The notes under the pieces are model-generated. The model was not told where the DNA came from. It was given only the letters and a program-made list of their open reading frames with translations, and did no database searches. Positions 1-18,000 of a stretch of DNA of 64,000 bases are shown piece by piece (within the stretch, counting starts at the first letter, position 1; each line of letters begins with the position of its first letter). The position numbers were made by a program, and so were the translations under genes. This DNA is from Eledone cirrhosa (lineage: Eukaryota), in assembly GCA_964016885.1 (NCBI GenBank), contig OZ024741.1:51460001-51524000 (forward strand), written 5' to 3'.

Positions 1-3000
1 CAGTATCATGTCTACAATACACATATATCATGTCTACAGTACACAGTATCATGTCTACAATACACATATATCATGTCTACAATACACATATATCATGTCT
101 ACAGTACACAGTATCATGTCTACAATACACATATATCATGTCTACAATACACATATATCATGTCTACAATACACATGCATCAAGTCTACAATACACATGT
201 ATCATGTCTACAATACACATGTATCATGTCTACAATACACATGTATCATGTCTACAATACACATGTATCATGTCTACAGTACACATCTATCATGTCTACA
301 GTACACATGTATCATGTCTATAATACACATGTATCATGTCTCCAGTACACATGTATCATGTCTACAGTACACATGTATCATGTCTACAGTATGCATGTAT
401 CATGTCTACAATACACATGTATCATGTCTACAGTACACATGTATCATGTCTACAGTACACATGTATCATGTCTACAATACACATGTATCATGTCTACAGT
501 ACACATATATCATGTCTACAATACACATATATCATGTCTACAATACACATATATCATGTCTACAGTACACATATATCATGTCTACAGTACACATATATCA
601 TGTCTACAATACACATATATCATGTCTACAATACACATGTATCATGTCTACAATACACATGTATCATGTCTACAGTACACATATATCATGTCTACAGTAC
701 ACATATATCATGTCTACAATACACATATATCATGTCTACAGTACACATATATCATGTCTACAGTACACATATATCATGTCTACAATACACATATATCATG
801 TCTACAGTACACATATATCATGTCTACAATACACATATATCATGTCTACAATACACATGTATCATGTCTACAGTACACATATATCATGTCTACAGTACAT
901 ATATCATGTCTACAATACACATGTATCATGTCTACAATACACATATATCATGTCTACAATACACATGTATCATGTCTACAATACACATGTATCATTTCTA
1001 CAATACACATATATCATGTCTACAATACACATGTATCATGTCTACAATACACATATATCATGTCTACAGTACATATATCATGTCTACAGTACATATATCA
1101 TGTCTACAGTACACATATATCATGTCTACAGTACATATATCATGTCTACAATACACATGTATCATGTCTACAATACACATCTATCATGTCTACAGTACAC
1201 ATGTATCATGTCTATAATACACATGTATCATGTCTACAGTACACATGTATCATGTCTACAGTACACATGTATCATGTCTACAATACACATGTATCATGTC
1301 TACAGTACACATGTATCATGTCTACAGTACACATGTATCATGTCTACAATACACATGTATCATGTCTACAGTACACATATATCATGTCTACAGTACACAT
1401 GTATCATGTCTACAATACACATGTATCATGTCTATAATACACATGTATCATGTCTACAATACACATATATCATGTCTACAATAGACATATATCATGTCTA
1501 CAATACACATATATCATGTCTACAGTACACATATATCATGTCTACAATACACATATATCATGTCTACAATACACATATCATGTCTACAATACACATGTAT
1601 CATGTCTACAATACACATGTATCATGTCTACAATACACATGTATCATGTCTACAATACACATGTATCATGTCTACAATACACATGTATCATGTCTACAGT
1701 ACACATATATCATGTCTACAGTACACGTATATCATGCCTACAATACACATATATCATGTCTACAGTACACAGTATCATGTCTACAATACACATATATCAT
1801 GTCTACAATACACATATATCATGTCTACAGTACACAGTATCATGTCTACAATACACATATATCATGTCTACAATACACATATATCATGTCTACAATACAC
1901 AGTATCATGTCTACAATACACATATATCATGTCTACAATACACATATATCATGTCTACAATACACATGCATCAAGTCTACAATACACATGTATCATGTCT
2001 ACAGTACACATGTATCATGTCTACAATACACATGTATCATGTCTACAATACACATGTATCATGTCTACAGTACACATCTATCATGTCTACAGTACACATG
2101 TATCATGTCTATAATACACATGTATCATGTCTACAGTACACATGTATCATGTCTACAATACACATATATTCATCTCTACAATACACATATATCATGTCTA
2201 CAGTACATATATCATGTCTACAGTACACATATATCATATCTACATTACACATATATCATCTCTACAATACGCATGTATCATGTCTACACTACACATATAT
2301 CATGTCTACAATACACATATATCATGTCTATAGTACACATATATCATGTCTACAGTACACATATATCATGTCTACAATACACATATCATGTCTACTGTAC
2401 ACATATATCATGTCTACTGTACACATATATCATGTCTACAATACACATATATCACGTCTGCAGTACACATGTATCATGTCTACAATACACATGTATCATG
2501 TCTACAATACACATGTATCATGTCTACAGTACACATCTATCATGTCTACAGTACACATGTATCATGTCTATAATACACATGTATCATGTCTACAGTACAC
2601 ATGTATCATGTCTACAGTACACATGTATCAGGTCTACAGTATGCATGTATCATGTCTACAATACACATGTATCATGTCTACAGTACACATGTATCATGTC
2701 TACAGTACACATGTATCATGTCTACAATACACATGTATCATGTCTACAGTACACATATATCATGTCTACAATACACATGTATCATGTCTACAATACACAT
2801 GTATCATGTCTACAGTACACATCTATCATGTCTACAGTACACATGTATCATGTCTATAATACACATGTATCATGTCTACAGTACACATGTATCATGTCTA
2901 CAGTACACATGTATCAGGTCTACAGTATGCATGTATCATGTCTACAATACACATGTATCATGTCTACAGTACACATGTATCATGTCTACAGTACACATGT

Positions 3001-6000
3001 ATCATGTCTACAATACACATGTATCATGTCTACAGTACACATATATCATGTCTACAATACACATATATCAAGTCTACAATACACATATATCATGTCTACA
3101 GTACACATATATCATGTCTACAGTACACATATATCATGTCTACAATACACATATATCATGTCTACAATACACATGTATCATGTCTACAATACACATGTAT
3201 CATGTCTACAGTACACATATATCATGTCTACAGTACACATATATCATGTCTACAATACACATATATCATGTCTACAGTACACATGTATCATGTCTACAAT
3301 ACACATGTATCATGTCTACAGTACACATGTATCATGTCTACAGTACACATGTATCATGTCTACAGTACACAGTATCATGTCTACAATACACATATATCAT
3401 GTCTACAGTACACAGTATCATGTCTACAATACACATATATCATGTCTACAATACACATATATCATGTCTACAGTACACAGTATCATGTCTACAATACACA
3501 TATATCATGTCTACAATACACATATATCATGTCTACAATACACATGCATCAAGTCTACAATACACATGTATCATGTCTACAATACACATGTATCATGTCT
3601 ACAATACACATGTATCATGTCTACAATACACATGTATCATGTCTACAGTACACATCTATCATGTCTACAGTACACATGTATCATGTCTATAATACACATG
3701 TATCATGTCTCCAGTACACATGTATCATGTCTACAGTACACATGTATCATGTCTACAGTATGCATGTATCATGTCTACAATACACATGTATCATGTCTAC
3801 AGTACACATGTATCATGTCTACAGTACACATGTATCATGTCTACAATACACATGTATCATGTCTACAGTACACATATATCATGTCTACAATACACATATA
3901 TCATGTCTACAATACACATATATCATGTCTACAGTACACATATATCATGTCTACAGTACACATATATCATGTCTACAATACACATATATCATGTCTACAA
4001 TACACATGTATCATGTCTACAATACACATGTATCATGTCTACAGTACACATATATCATGTCTACAGTACACATATATCATGTCTACAATACACATATATC
4101 ATGTCTACAGTACACATATATCATGTCTACAGTACACATATATCATGTCTACAATACACATATATCATGTCTACAGTACACATATATCATGTCTACAATA
4201 CACATATATCATGTCTACAATACACATGTATCATGTCTACAGTACACATATATCATGTCTACAGTACATATATCATGTCTACAATACACATGTATCATGT
4301 CTACAATACACATATATCATGTCTACAATACACATGTATCATGTCTACAATACACATGTATCATTTCTACAATACACATATATCATGTCTACAATACACA
4401 TGTATCATGTCTACAATACACATATATCATGTCTACAGTACATATATCATGTCTACAGTACATATATCATGTCTACAGTACACATATATCATGTCTACAG
4501 TACATATATCATGTCTACAATACACATGTATCATGTCTACAATACACATCTATCATGTCTACAGTACACATGTATCATGTCTATAATACACATGTATCAT
4601 GTCTACAGTACACATGTATCATGTCTACAGTACACATGTATCATGTCTACAATACACATGTATCATGTCTACAGTACACATGTATCATGTCTACAGTACA
4701 CATGTATCATGTCTACAATACACATGTATCATGTCTACAGTACACATATATCATGTCTACAGTACACATGTATCATGTCTACAATACACATGTATCATGT
4801 CTATAATACACATGTATCATGTCTACAATACACATATATCATGTCTACAATAGACATATATCATGTCTACAATACACATATATCATGTCTACAGTACACA
4901 TATATCATGTCTACAATACACATATATCATGTCTACAATACACATATCATGTCTACAATACACATGTATCATGTCTACAATACACATGTATCATGTCTAC
5001 AATACACATGTATCATGTCTACAATACACATGTATCATGTCTACAATACACATGTATCATGTCTACAGTACACATATATCATGTCTACAGTACACGTATA
5101 TCATGCCTACAATACACATATATCATGTCTACAGTACACAGTATCATGTCTACAATACACATATATCATGTCTACAATACACATATATCATGTCTACAGT
5201 ACACAGTATCATGTCTACAATACACATATATCATGTCTACAATACACATATATCATGTCTACAATACACAGTATCATGTCTACAATACACATATATCATG
5301 TCTACAATACACATGCATCAAGTCTACAATACACATGTATCATGTCTACAGTACACATGTATCATGTCTACAATACACATGTATCATGTCTACAATACAC
5401 ATGTATCATGTCTACAGTACACATCTATCATGTCTACAGTACACATGTATCATGTCTATAATACACATGTATCATGTCTACAGTACACATGTATCATGTC
5501 TACAATACACATATATTCATCTCTACAATACACATATATCATGTCTACAGTACATATATCATGTCTACAGTACACATATATCATATCTACATTACACATA
5601 TATCATCTCTACAATACGCATGTATCATGTCTACACTACACATATATCATGTCTACAATACACATATATCATGTCTATAGTACACATATATCATGTCTAC
5701 AGTACACATATATCATGTCTACAATACACATATCATGTCTACTGTACACATATATCATGTCTACTGTACACATATATCATGTCTACAATACACATATATC
5801 ACGTCTGCAGTACACATGTATCATGTCTACAATACACATGTATCATGTCTACAATACACATGTATCATGTCTACAATACACATATATCATGTCTACAATA
5901 CACATGTATCATGTCTACAATACACATGTATCATGTCTACAGTACACATATATCATGTCTACAGTACACACATATGTCTACAGTACACATATATCATGTC

Positions 6001-9000
6001 TACAGTACACATATATCATGTCTACAGTACACATATATCATGTCTACAGTACACATATATCATGTCTACAATACACATATATCATGTCTACAATACACAT
6101 ATATCATGTCTACAGTACACATATATCATGTCTACAGTACACATATATCATGTCTACAGTACACATATATCATGTCTACAGTACACATATATCATGTCTA
6201 CAATACACATATATCATGTCTACAATACACATGTATCATGTCTACAATACACATGTATCATGTCTACAGTACACATATATCATGTCTACAGTACACATAT
6301 ATCATGTCTACAATACACATATATCATGTCTACAGTACACATATATCATGTCTACAGTACACATATATCATGTCTACAATACACATATATCATGTCTACA
6401 GTACACATATATCATGTCTACAATACACATATATCATGTCTACAATACACATGTATCATGTCTACAGTACACATATATCATGTCTACAGTACATATATCA
6501 TGTCTACAATACACATGTATCATGTCTACAATACACATATATCATGTCTACAATACACATGTATCATGTCTACAGTACACATATATCATGTCTACAGTAC
6601 ATATATCATGTCTACAGTACACATATATCATGTCTACAGTACATATATCATGTCTACAATACACATGTATCATGTCTACAATACACATCTATCATGTCTA
6701 CAGTACACATGTATCATGTCTATAATACACATGTATCATGTCTACAGTACACATGTATCATGTCTACAGTACACATGTATCATGTCTACAGTACACATGT
6801 ATCATGTCTACAATACACATGTATCATGTCTACAGTACACATGTATCATGTCGACAGTACACATGTATCATGTCTACAATACACATGTATCACGTCTACA
6901 GTACACATATATCATGTCTACAGTACACATGTATCATGTCTACAATACACACATATCATGTCTACAATACACATATATCATGTCTACAATACACATATAT
7001 CATGTCTACAGTACACATATATCATGTCTACAATACACATATATCATGTCTACAATACACATATCATGTCTACAATACACATGTATCATGTCTACAATAC
7101 ACATGTATCATGTCTACAATACACATGTATCATGTCTACAATACACATGTATCATGTCTACAGTACACATATATCATGTCTACAGTACACGTATATCATG
7201 CCTACAATACACATATATCATGTCTACAGTACACAGTATCATGTCTACAATACACATATATCATGTCTACAATACACATATATCATGTCTACAATACACA
7301 TATATCATGTCTACAGTACACAGTATCATGTCTACAATACACATATATCACGTCTACAATACACATATATCATGTCTACAATACACATGCATCAAGTCTA
7401 CAATACACATGTATCATGTCTACAATACACATGTATCATGTCTACAATACACATGTATCATGTCTACAATACACATGTATCATGTCTACAGTACACATCT
7501 ATCATGTCTACAGTACACATGTATCATGTCTATAATACACATGTATCATGTCTACAGTACACATGTATCATGTCTACAGTACACATGTATCATGTCTACA
7601 GTACGCATGTATCATGTCTACAATACGCATGTATCATGTCTACAGTACACATGTATCATGTCTACAGTACACATGTATCATGTCTACAATACACATGTAT
7701 CATGTCTACAGTACACATATATCATGTCTACAATACACATATATCATGTCTACAATACACATATATCATGTCTACAGTACACATATATCATGTCTACAGT
7801 ACACATATATCATGTCTACAATACACATATATCATGTCGACAATACACATGTATCATGTCTACAATACACATGTATCATGTCTACAGTACACATATATCA
7901 TGTCTACAGTACACATATATCATGTCTACAATACACATATATCATGTCTACAGTACACATATATCATGTCTACAGTACACATATATCATGTCTACAATAC
8001 ACATATATCATGTCTACAGTACACATATATCATGTCTACAATACACATATATCATGTCTACAATACACATGTATCATGTCTACAGTACACATATATCATG
8101 TCTACAGTACATATATCATGTCTACAATACACATGTATCATGTCTACAATACACATATATCATGTCTACAATACACATGTATCATGTCTACAGTACACAT
8201 ATATCATGTCTACAGTACATATATCATGTCTACAGTACATATATCATGTCTACAGTACACATATATCATGTCTACAGTACATATATCATGTCTACAATAC
8301 ACATGTATCATGTCTACAATACACATCTATCATGTCTACAGTACACATGTATCATGTCTATAATACACATGTATCATGTCTACAGTACACATGTATCATG
8401 TCTACAGTACACATGTATCATGTCTACAATACACATGTATCATGTCTACAGTACACATGTATCATGTCTACAGTACACATGTATCATGTCTACAATACAC
8501 ATGTATCATGTCTACAGTACACATATATCATGTCTACAGTACACATGTATCATGTCTACAATACACATGTATCATGTCTATAATACACATGTATCATGTC
8601 TACAATACACATATATCATGTCTACAATAGACATATATCATGTCTACAATACACATATATCATGTCTACAGTACACATATATCATGTCTACAATACACAT
8701 ATATCATGTCTACAGTACACATATCATGTCTACAATACACATGTATCATGTCTACAATACACATGTATCATGTCTACAATACACATGTATCATGTCTACA
8801 ATACACATGTATCATGTCTACAATACACATGTATCATGTCTACAGTACACATATATCATGTCTACAGTACACGTATATCATGCCTACAATACACATATAT
8901 CATGTCTACAGTACACAGTATCATGTCTACAATACACATATATCATGTCTACAATACACATATATCATGTCTACAGTACACAGTATCATGTCTACAATAC

Positions 9001-12000
9001 ACATATATCATGTCTACAATACACATATATCATGTCTACAATACACATGCATCAAGTCTACAATACACATGTATCATGTCTACAATACACATGTATCATG
9101 TCTACAATACACATGTATCATGTCTACAATACACATGTATCATGTCTACAGTACACATCTATCATGTCTACAGTACACATGTATCATGTCTATAATACAC
9201 ATGTATCATGTCTACAGTACACATGTATCATGTCTACAGTACACATATCATGTCTACAATACACATGTATCATGTCTACAATACACATGTATCATGTCTA
9301 CAGTACACATGTATGATGTCTACAGTACACATGTATCATGTCTACAATACACATGTATCATGTCTACAGTACACATATATCATGTCTACAGTACACATGT
9401 ATCATGTCTACAATACACATGTATCATGTCTACAATACACATATATCATGTCTACAATACACATATATCATGTCTACAGTACACATATATCATGTCTACA
9501 GTACACATATATCATGTCTACAGTACACATATATCATGTCTACAATACACATATATCATGTTTACAATACACATGTATCACGTCTACAGTACACATATAT
9601 CATGTCTACAATACACATATATCATGTCTACAATACACATGCATCATGTCTACAATACACATGTATCATGTGTACAATACACATGTATCATGTCTACAAT
9701 ACACATGTATCATGTCTACAATACACATATATCATGTCTACAATACACATATATCATGTCTACAATACACATATATCATGTCTACAGTACACATATATCA
9801 TGTCTACAATACACATATCATGTCTACAATACACATGTATCATGTCTACAATACACATGTATCATGTCTACAATACACATATATCATGTCTACAATACAC
9901 ATGTATCATGTCTACAATACACATGTATCATGTCTACAGTACACATATATCATGTCTATAGTACACGTATATCATGCCTACAATACACATATATCATGTC
10001 TACAATACACATATATCATGTCTACAGTACACAGTATCATGTCTACAATACACATATATCATGTCTACAGTACACATATATCATGTCTACAATACACATG
10101 TATGAAGTCTACAATACACATGTATCATGTCTACAGTACACATGTATCATGTCTACAATACACATATATCATGTCTACAGTACACAGTATCATGTCTACA
10201 ATACACATATATCATGTCTACAGTACACATATATCATGTCTACAATACACATGCATCAAGTCTACAATACACATGTATCATGTCTACAATACACATGTAT
10301 CATGTCTACAATACACATGTATCATGTCTACAATACACATGTATCATGTCTACAGTACACATATATCATGTCTACAATACACATATATCATGTCTACAGT
10401 ACATATATCATGTCTACAATACACATATATCATGTCTCCAGTACACATGTATCATGTCTACAATACACATGTATCATGTCTACAATACACATGTATCATG
10501 TCTGCAATACACATGTATCATGTCTACAATACACATATATCATGTCTACAGTACACATGTATCATGTCTACAATACACATGTATCATGTCTACAGTACAC
10601 ATGTATCATGTCTACAGTACACAGTATCATGTCTACAATACACATATATCATGTCTACAGTACACAGTATCATGTCTACAATACACATATATCATGTCTA
10701 CAATACACATATATCATGTCTACAGTACACAGTATCATGTCTACAATACACATATATCATGTCTACAATACACATATATCATGTCTACAATACACATGCA
10801 TCAAGTCTACAATACACATGTATCATGTCTACAATACACATGTATCATGTCTACAATACACATGTATCATGTCTACAATACACATGTATCATGTCTACAG
10901 TACACATCTATCATGTCTACAGTACACATGTATCATGTCTATAATACACATGTATCATGTCTACAGTACACATGTATCATGTCTACAGTACACATGTATC
11001 AGGTCTACAGTATGCATGTATCATGTCTACAATACACATGTATCATGTCTACAGTACACATGTATCATGTCTACAGTACACATATATCATGTCTACAGTA
11101 CACATGTATCATGTCTACAATACACATGTATCATGTCTACAATACACATATATCATGTCTACAATACACATATATCATGTCTACAGTACACATATATCAT
11201 GTCTACAGTACACATATATCATGTCTACAGTACACATATATCATGTCTACAATACACATATATCATGTTTACAATACACATGTATCACGTCTACAGTACA
11301 CATATATCATGTCTACAATACACATATATCATGTCTACAATACACATGCATCATGTCTACAATACACATGTATCATGTGTACAATACACATGTATCATGT
11401 CTACAATACACATGTATCATGTCTACAATACACATATATCATGTCTACAATACACATATATCATGTCTACAATACACATATATCATGTCTACAGTACACA
11501 TATATCATGTCTACAATACACATATCATGTCTACAATACACATGTATCATGTCTACAATACACATGTATCATGTCTACAATACACATATATCATGTCTAC
11601 AATGCACATGTATCATGTCTACAATACACATGTATCATGTCTACAGTACACATATATCATGTCTATAGTACACGTATATCATGCCTACAATACACATATA
11701 TCATGTCTACAATACACATATATCATGTCTACAGTACACAGTATCATGTCTACAATACACATATATCATGTCTACAGTACACATATATCATGTCTACAAT
11801 ACACATGTATCAAGTCTACAATACACATGTATCATGTCTACAGTACACATGTATCATGTCTACAATACACATATATCATGTCTACAGTACACAGTATCAT
11901 GTCTACAATACACATATATCATGTCTACAGTACACATATATCATGTCTACAATACACATGCATCAAGTCTACAATACACATGTATCATGTCTACAATACA

Positions 12001-15000
12001 CATGTATCATGTCTACAATACACATGTATCATGTCTACAATACACATGTATCATGTCTACAGTACACATATATCATGTCTACAATACACATATATCATGT
12101 CTACAGTACATATATCATGTCTACAATACACATATATCATGTCTCCAGTACACATGTATCATGTCTACAATACACATGTATCATGTCTACAATACACATG
12201 TATCATGTCTGCAATACACATGTATCATGTCTACAATACACATATATCATGTCTACAGTACACATGTATCATGTCTACAATACACATGTATCATGTCTAC
12301 AGTACACATGTATCATGTCTACAGTACACAGTATCATGTCTACAATACACATATATCATGTCTACAGTACACAGTATCATGTCTACAATACACATATATC
12401 ATGTCTACAATACACATATATCATGTCTACAGTACACAGTATCATGTCTACAATACACATATATCATGTCTACAATACACATATATCATGTCTACAATAC
12501 ACATGCATCAAGTCTACAATACACATGTATCATGTCTACAATACACATGTATCATGTCTACAATACACATGTATCATGTCTACAATACACATGTATCATG
12601 TCTACAGTACACATCTATCATGTCTACAGTACACATGTATCATGTCTATAATACACATGTATCATGTCTACAGTACACATGTATCATGTCTACAGTACAC
12701 ATGTATCAGGTCTACAGTATGCATGTATCATGTCTACAATACACATGTATCATGTCTACAGTACACATGTATCATGTCTACAGTACACATGTATCATGTC
12801 TACAATACACATGTATCATGTCTACAGTACACATATATCATGTCTACAATACACATATATCATGTCTACAATACACATATATCATGTCTACAGTACACAT
12901 ATATCATGTCTACAGTACACATATATCATTTCTACAATACACATATATCATGTCTACAATACACATGTATCATGTCTACAATACACATGTATCATGTCTA
13001 CAGTACACATATATCATGTCTACAGTACACATATATCATGTCTACAATACACATATATCATGTCAACAGTACACATGTATCATGTCTACAATACACATGT
13101 ATCATGTCTACAGTACACATGTATCATGTCTACAGTACACATGTATCATGTCTACAGTACACAGTATCATGTCTACAATACACATATATCATGTCTACAG
13201 TACACAGTATCATGTCTACAATACACATATATCATGTCTACAATACACATATATCATGTCTACAGTACACAGTATCATGTCTACAATACACATATATCAT
13301 GTCTACAATACACATATATCATGTCTACAATACACATGCATCAAGTCTACAATACACATGTATCATGTCTACAATACACATGTATCATGTCTACAATACA
13401 CATGTATCATGTCTACAATACACATGTATCATGTCTACAGTACACATCTATCATGTCTACAGTACACATGTATCATGTCTATAATACACATGTATCATGT
13501 CTCCAGTACACATGTATCATGTCTACAGTACACATGTATCATGTCTACAGTATGCATGTATCATGTCTACAATACACATGTATCATGTCTACAGTACACA
13601 TGTATCATGTCTACAGTACACATGTATCATGTCTACAATACACATGTATCATGTCTACAGTACACATATATCATGTCTACAATACACATATATCATGTCT
13701 ACAATACACATATATCATGTCTACAGTACACATATATCATGTCTACAGTACACATATATCATGTCTACAATACACATATATCATGTCTACAATACACATG
13801 TATCATGTCTACAATACACATGTATCATGTCTACAGTACACATATATCATGTCTACAGTACACATATATCATGTCTACAATACACATATATCATGTCTAC
13901 AGTACACATATATCATGTCTACAGTACACATATATCATGTCTACAATACACATATATCATGTCTACAGTACACATATATCATGTCTACAATACACATATA
14001 TCATGTCTACAATACACATGTATCATGTCTACAGTACACATATATCATGTCTACAGTACATATATCATGTCTACAATACACATGTATCATGTCTACAATA
14101 CACATATATCATGTCTACAATACACATGTATCATGTCTACAATACACATGTATCATTTCTACAATACACATATATCATGTCTACAATACACATGTATCAT
14201 GTCTACAATACACATATATCATGTCTACAGTACATATATCATGTCTACAGTACATATATCATGTCTACAGTACACATATATCATGTCTACAGTACATATA
14301 TCATGTCTACAATACACATGTATCATGTCTACAATACACATCTATCATGTCTACAGTACACATGTATCATGTCTATAATACACATGTATCATGTCTACAG
14401 TACACATGTATCATGTCTACAGTACACATGTATCATGTCTACAATACACATGTATCATGTCTACAGTACACATGTATCATGTCTACAGTACACATGTATC
14501 ATGTCTACAATACACATGTATCATGTCTACAGTACACATATATCATGTCTACAGTACACATGTATCATGTCTACAATACACATGTATCATGTCTATAATA
14601 CACATGTATCATGTCTACAATACACATATATCATGTCTACAATAGACATATATCATGTCTACAATACACATATATCATGTCTACAGTACACATATATCAT
14701 GTCTACAATACACATATATCATGTCTACAATACACATATCATGTCTACAATACACATGTATCATGTCTACAATACACATGTATCATGTCTACAATACACA
14801 TGTATCATGTCTACAATACACATGTATCATGTCTACAATACACATGTATCATGTCTACAGTACACATATATCATGTCTACAGTACACGTATATCATGCCT
14901 ACAATACACATATATCATGTCTACAGTACACAGTATCATGTCTACAATACACATATATCATGTCTACAATACACATATATCATGTCTACAGTACACAGTA

Positions 15001-18000
15001 TCATGTCTACAATACACATATATCATGTCTACAATACACATATATCATGTCTACAATACACAGTATCATGTCTACAATACACATATATCATGTCTACAAT
15101 ACACATATATCATGTCTACAATACACATGCATCAAGTCTACAATACACATGTATCATGTCTACAGTACACATGTATCATGTCTACAATACACATGTATCA
15201 TGTCTACAATACACATGTATCATGTCTACAGTACACATCTATCATGTCTACAGTACACATGTATCATGTCTATAATACACATGTATCATGTCTACAGTAC
15301 ACATGTATCATGTCTACAATACACATATATTCATCTCTACAATACACATATATCATGTGTACAGTACATATATCATGTCTACAGTACACATATATCATAT
15401 CTACATTACACATATATCATCTCTACAATACGCATGTATCATGTCTACACTACACATATATCATGTCTACAATACACATATATCATGTCTATAGTACACA
15501 TATATCATGTCTACAGTACACATATATCATGTCTACAATACACATATCATGTCTACTGTACACATATATCATGTCTACTGTACACATATATCATGTCTAC
15601 AATACACATATATCACGTCTGCAGTACACATGTATCATGTCTACAATACACATGTATCATGTCTACAATACACATGTATCATGTCTACAATACACATATA
15701 TCATGTCTACAATACACATGTATCATGTCTACAATACACATGTATCATGTCTACAGTACACATATATCATGTCTACAGTACACACATATGTCTACAGTAC
15801 ACATATATCATGTCTACAGTACACATATATCATGTCTACAGTACACATATATCATGTCTACAGTACACATATATCATGTCTACAATACACATATATCATG
15901 TCTACAATACACATATATCATGTCTACAGTACACATATATCATGTCTACAGTACACATATATCATGTCTACAGTACACATATATCATGTCTACAGTACAC
16001 ATATATCATGTCTAGACTACATATATCATGTCTACAATACACATATATCATGTCTACAATACACATATATCATGTCTACAGTACACATATATCATGTCTA
16101 CAATACACATATATCATGTCTACAATACACATGTATCAAGTCTACAATACACACACATATCATGTCTACAGTACACATATATCATGTCTACAGTACACAT
16201 ATATCATGTCTGCAGTACACATATATCATGTCTACAATACACATATATCATGTTTACAATACACATATATCATGTCTACAGTACACATATATCATGTCTA
16301 CAATATACATATATCATGTCTACAATACACATGTATCATGTCTACAGTACACATATATCATGTCTACAGTACATATATCATGTCTACAATACACATGTAT
16401 CATGTCTATAATACACATATATCATGTCTACAATAAACATGTATCATGTCTACAGTACACATGTATCATGTCTATAATACACATATATCATGTCTACAAT
16501 ACACATGTATCATGTCTACAGTACACATGTATCATGTCTATAATACACATGTATCATGTCTACAGTACGCATGTATCATTTCTACAGGACACATGTATCA
16601 TGTCTACAATACACATATATCATGTCTACAGTACACATATATCATTTCTACAGTACACATGTATCATGTCTACAATACACATATATCATGTCTACAATAC
16701 ACATATATCATGTCTACAATACACATGTATCATGTCTACAATACACATGTATCATGTCTACAATACATATATATCATGTCTACAATATACATGTATCATG
16801 TCTACAATACACATGTATCATGTCGACAATACATATATACCATGTCTACAATACACATATATCATGTCTACAGTACACATATATCATGTCTACAATACAC
16901 ATGTATCATGTCTACAATACACATGTATCATGTCTACAATACACATGTATCATGTCTACAGTACACATATATCATGTCTACAGTACACATATATCATGTC
17001 TACAGTACACATATATCATGTCTACAATACACATATATCATGTCTACAATACACATGTATCATGTCTACAATACACATATCATGTCTACAGTACACATAT
17101 ATCATGTCTACAATACACATGTATCATGTCTACAATACACATATTTCATGTCTACAATACACATGTATCATGTCTACAGTACGCATGTATCATGTCTACA
17201 ATACACATATATCATGTCTACAATACACATATATCATGTCTACAGTACACATATATCATGTCTACAGTACACATATATCATGTCTACAATATACATATAT
17301 CACGTCTACAATACACATATATCATGTCTACAATACACATGTATCATGTCTACAATACATATATATCATGTCTACAGTACACATGTATCATGTCTATAAT
17401 ACACATGTATCATGTCTACAGTACACATGTATCATGTCTACAGTACACATATATCATGTCTACAGTACACATGTATCTTGTCTACAACACACATGTATCA
17501 TGTCTACAATACACATGAATCATGTCTACAACTCACATGTATCATGTCTACAATACACATATATCATGTCTACAGTACACATGTATCATGTCTACAATAC
17601 ACATGTATCATGTCTCTAATACACATGTATCATGTCTACAATACACATGTATCATATCTACAATACACATGTATCATGTCTACAATACACATATATCATG
17701 TCTACAGTACACATGTATCATGTCTACAATACACATATAACATGTCTACAGTACACATATATCATGTCTACAATACACATGTATCATGTCTCTAATACAC
17801 ATGTATCATGTCTACAATACACATATATCATGTCTACAGTACACATATATCATGTCTACAATACACATATATCATGTCTACAGTACACATACATCATGTC
17901 TACAATACACATGCATCATGTCTACAATACACATATATCATGTCTACAGTACACATATATCATGACTACAATACACATATATCATGTCTACAGTACACAT

